A stretch of DNA of 61,972 nucleotides, counting the filler, from Nitrospinae bacterium RIFCSPLOWO2_12_FULL_45_22 (GTDB lineage: Bacteria; 2-12-FULL-45-22), in the NCBI GenBank assembly GCA_001803565.1. It is 6 parts of 6 records of this genome, joined end to end, with 100 filler letters (N's around TTAATTAATTAA, not from the genome) between each part and the next. Parts side by side here need not be neighbours in the genome. Positions count along the whole stretch, not along the records: positions 55,238 to 61,972 come from MHDQ01000037.1; 5 more parts are not named here. One strand, 5' to 3'. The translations under genes were made by a program, and so were the position numbers. Position 1 is the first letter of the stretch, and each line of letters opens with the position of its first letter. Shown piece after piece: positions 59,767 to 61,972 of this stretch. Below the pieces are notes generated by a model that did not search any database, was not told the origin of the DNA, and saw only the letters and a list, made by a program, of their open reading frames with translations.

Positions 59767-61656
59767 CTATAAATTATCCAGTTCAGCGGCTATATCGTTA
59801 AGACCTAATTCTTCCAGCGTTTTTCTGGTAGGTATACCAGTCTTTTTGTCCCATCCTCGCAGTTGATAATACTCGTCCAGCATTTGGTTAAATTTGTCTG
59901 GGTCTAGCCTCTCGCCTTTGAATGGGCCACTGGCCACAGCTTCCTGTCCCTGTTTTCCCATAACCGCATCATCTTTTCGCCTGATCCCTTCCCTCACTAA
60001 GAATGCCCGTTCTACATTATATATTCTTTCTGCTACCTCCAAGAGGGTCTCTTTGCTCATTGCTACACCGGTAGCAGTCTCCAACAATCTCCCCATTTCT
60101 TCTATCCCTATCCCCTGTCCAATAATCTCGGTATTGAATTTACATATCTCTAAGGCATCGGCCAAAGTACACAAGTTTTGATAATGTAAGACCATGCGGG
60201 CCTTGTTATAGGAGGTCGGTAGCGCAGCCTCGGCGGTACCGAATTTCTTCTGTGCCTCCTCTGGTGGTATGCCTAAGAGTTCGCCCCCCGGTATCCCCCT
60301 CAGATGGTCTGCCCCTCTGGTAGCGGTAGCTTGATTCAAGGCATAACCCTTAAAGGCCCTGATATCAGCATGACCCCACTCCAGCCCTTTCGAGTGAGTG
60401 ATATAGTTTTCTGCCCCTCGGCCAATCTTAGCGGCGGCCCGTACTGCCCCTTCTCCTAATAATCCGCCAAACCCTTCCCTTTTTACCATTTTATAGAATA
60501 TTTTTATAGCTGCTTCGTAATTACCCCATTCCAGCGGTATCCCATCCAGGTCGTCTAAAGTAATGATCCCCCTCTGATACCACTCCATAGCAAAGCCCAG
60601 GATAGTAGAGAAGCCCAGTACATCTACGCCATATTGATTGCATAAATTAGCCATCTTAAATATGGCCGGGGCATAGGAAATACCACAATGGGTGCCAAAG
60701 GGACCAATGGCACCAAATTCTATCCCACCACCCTTCTCGCCAGCATAAGGCCCTTCTTTTATCTCGAAAAAATGACCACAATGGATAATACAACCCACGC
60801 AGCTTTTGGATTTAACAAAGAAGGGCATCAGGGCCTCATGATCAATCTTGTCTATTTCTTCAAACCCGCCCGATTGTTGCAGGTTTCTGACCGAGCAATA
60901 GCCCCTTTCATTAAGGAGGGTAGTTAAGCCCGGGGTGCCATATACAGAGAGCCTGGGATAGATAGGACTATTCCGTATTTTTTCACATAATTCTTCTATG
61001 AGTAAGAAGAACTCTTTGGGTTTTTCTACCTTTACTCCTTTTGTTCCTCGGACGGCTATGGCCTTAAGCTTCTTGGCGCCCATAACCGCCCCCATACCAG
61101 TGCGGGCGGCACCCCGATAATTACTGCCAATAATGCAGGCTAATCCCACCTGGTTCTCTCCAGCAGGGCCTATAGCAGCAAATTGGATCTCTGAGTCGCC
61201 TAATTCCTGCTTGAGCATAATTTCCGTTTCTGGGACGGTTTTGCCCCAGAGATGCGAGGCGTCCCTGATCTCTACCTGGTCATCAAAGATCCAGAGATAT
61301 ACCGGCTTAGAGGCTGCCCCCTTAAATACAATATGGTCATAGCCTGCCCATTTCAACTCCGCCGAGAAACCCCCACCACAATTGGCATCTCCTAAAATCC
61401 CCGTTAATGGGGATTTAGCGGTCACAGTGAAGCGAGAGGCCGGGGCCAGGGTGCCAGAAAGGGGTCCAGTACCAAAAATAAGCAGGTTTTCAGGACCAAG
61501 AGGATCAATGCCAGCCTTTATCCCTTCATAGAGGAGCCGGGAATTGATCCCTCGACCACCAAGGTATTTTAGCTTTAAGTCGGGGCTCAAGACTTCTACC
61601 TCTATCTTCCCAGAACTTAGGTCTACTAACAAAATTCTACCTGCCCAGCCACTCAT
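59767..61656 (-). CDS. aor: Tungsten aldehyde:ferredoxin oxidoreductase family (second paralogue)
   Basis: KSPLTG, ARTGMGAVMGAKKLKA, CVGCIIHC, RGADH; start at MSGWAG. Confidence 0.92.
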   Translation of the reverse strand: MSGWAGRILLVDLSSGKIEVEVLSPDLKLKYLGGRGINSRLLYEGIKAGIDPLGPENLLIFGTGPLSGTLAPASRFTVTAKSPLTGILGDANCGGGFSAELKWAGYDHIVFKGAASKPVYLWIFDDQVEIRDASHLWGKTVPETEIMLKQELGDSEIQFAAIGPAGENQVGLACIIGSNYRGAARTGMGAVMGAKKLKAIAVRGTKGVKVEKPKEFFLLIEELCEKIRNSPIYPRLSVYGTPGLTTLLNERGYCSVRNLQQSGGFEEIDKIDHEALMPFFVKSKSCVGCIIHCGHFFEIKEGPYAGEKGGGIEFGAIGPFGTHCGISYAPAIFKMANLCNQYGVDVLGFSTILGFAMEWYQRGIITLDDLDGIPLEWGNYEAAIKIFYKMVKREGFGGLLGEGAVRAAAKIGRGAENYITHSKGLEWGHADIRAFKGYALNQATATRGADHLRGIPGGELLGIPPEEAQKKFGTAEAALPTSYNKARMVLHYQNLCTLADALEICKFNTEIIGQGIGIEEMGRLLETATGVAMSKETLLEVAERIYNVERAFLVREGIRRKDDAVMGKQGQEAVASGPFKGERLDPDKFNQMLDEYYQLRGWDKKTGIPTRKTLEELGLNDIAAELDNL

Positions 61657-61972
61657 GATTCCTTTCCTCCATCTCTTTCTTTGCCCACTCCCTCTTCTTA
61701 TCGTAGGTGAGGGCGATTGCGGGTAGATACTGAAGGGCCTTGGTCTCACAAAGCTTTACACATTGAGGATCACCTTGACAAAGATCACATTTTAATATCT
61801 TCATAGTCTCCGGATGAACTGTTATCACACCGAATGGACAGTCCTCCATACATTTCCGACACCCGATACACTTTTCTTCGTCTATGAGCCAGGCCCCGGT
61901 TTCTGAATTACGAACAATAGCTTTTTCTGGACATGTGGATGCACAGGGTGGCTTCTCGCATTGCCGGCATAT
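61637..61972 (-). CDS. 4Fe-4S dicluster subunit of AOR (5' end outside the window)
   Basis: CRQCEKPPCASTCP, CIGCRKCMEDCP, KCDLCQGDPQCVKLC. Confidence 0.9.
   Translation of the reverse strand: MCRQCEKPPCASTCPEKAIVRNSETGAWLIDEEKCIGCRKCMEDCPFGVITVHPETMKILKCDLCQGDPQCVKLCETKALQYLPAIALTYDKKREWAKKEMEERNHEWLGR

Overview
A bacterial draft or metagenome-assembled genome region built from six contigs joined by artificial N44-TTAATTAATTAA-N44 linkers (9778-9877, 19494-19593, 29214-29313, 38914-39013, 55138-55237), so adjacency across the linkers is not biological. Gene content suggests an anaerobe; taxonomy cannot be fixed from this window. Contig 1: glnE, DUF2294/MpsC, a structured leader, PEP carboxykinase and htpX. 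Contig 2: ISKra4 end, ntrBC, core metH, two complementary GlmU-type genes and glmS. Contig 3: a sigma54 two-component system, a stand-alone HisKA protein, and a cluster of diheme cyt c, GltD-like FAD/FeS oxidoreductase, Rieske, cyt b and tetraheme cyt c. Contig 4: a satellite-like element (primase-helicase, excisionase-like HTH, AbiTii) ending at a tRNA-Arg(CCT) 3' fragment, then DUF362 and AOR. Contig 5: sdhAB, a MITE pile-up, a MEDS hybrid kinase with IS91 debris, EMO-etfBA and ftsX-envC-ctpA-yibQ. Contig 6: FeS-AOR-MoaD, an atypical FabF, a dead RAYT with REPs and a 7TM histidine kinase. Intergenic DNA is dense with MITEs and REP-like palindromes, some inserted in frame into proteins. Best leads: the DUF2294 + terminator/antiterminator leader upstream of pckA, the flavoprotein-linked Rieske/cyt b complex, and the Cys-His-Asn FabF next to a 7TM kinase.
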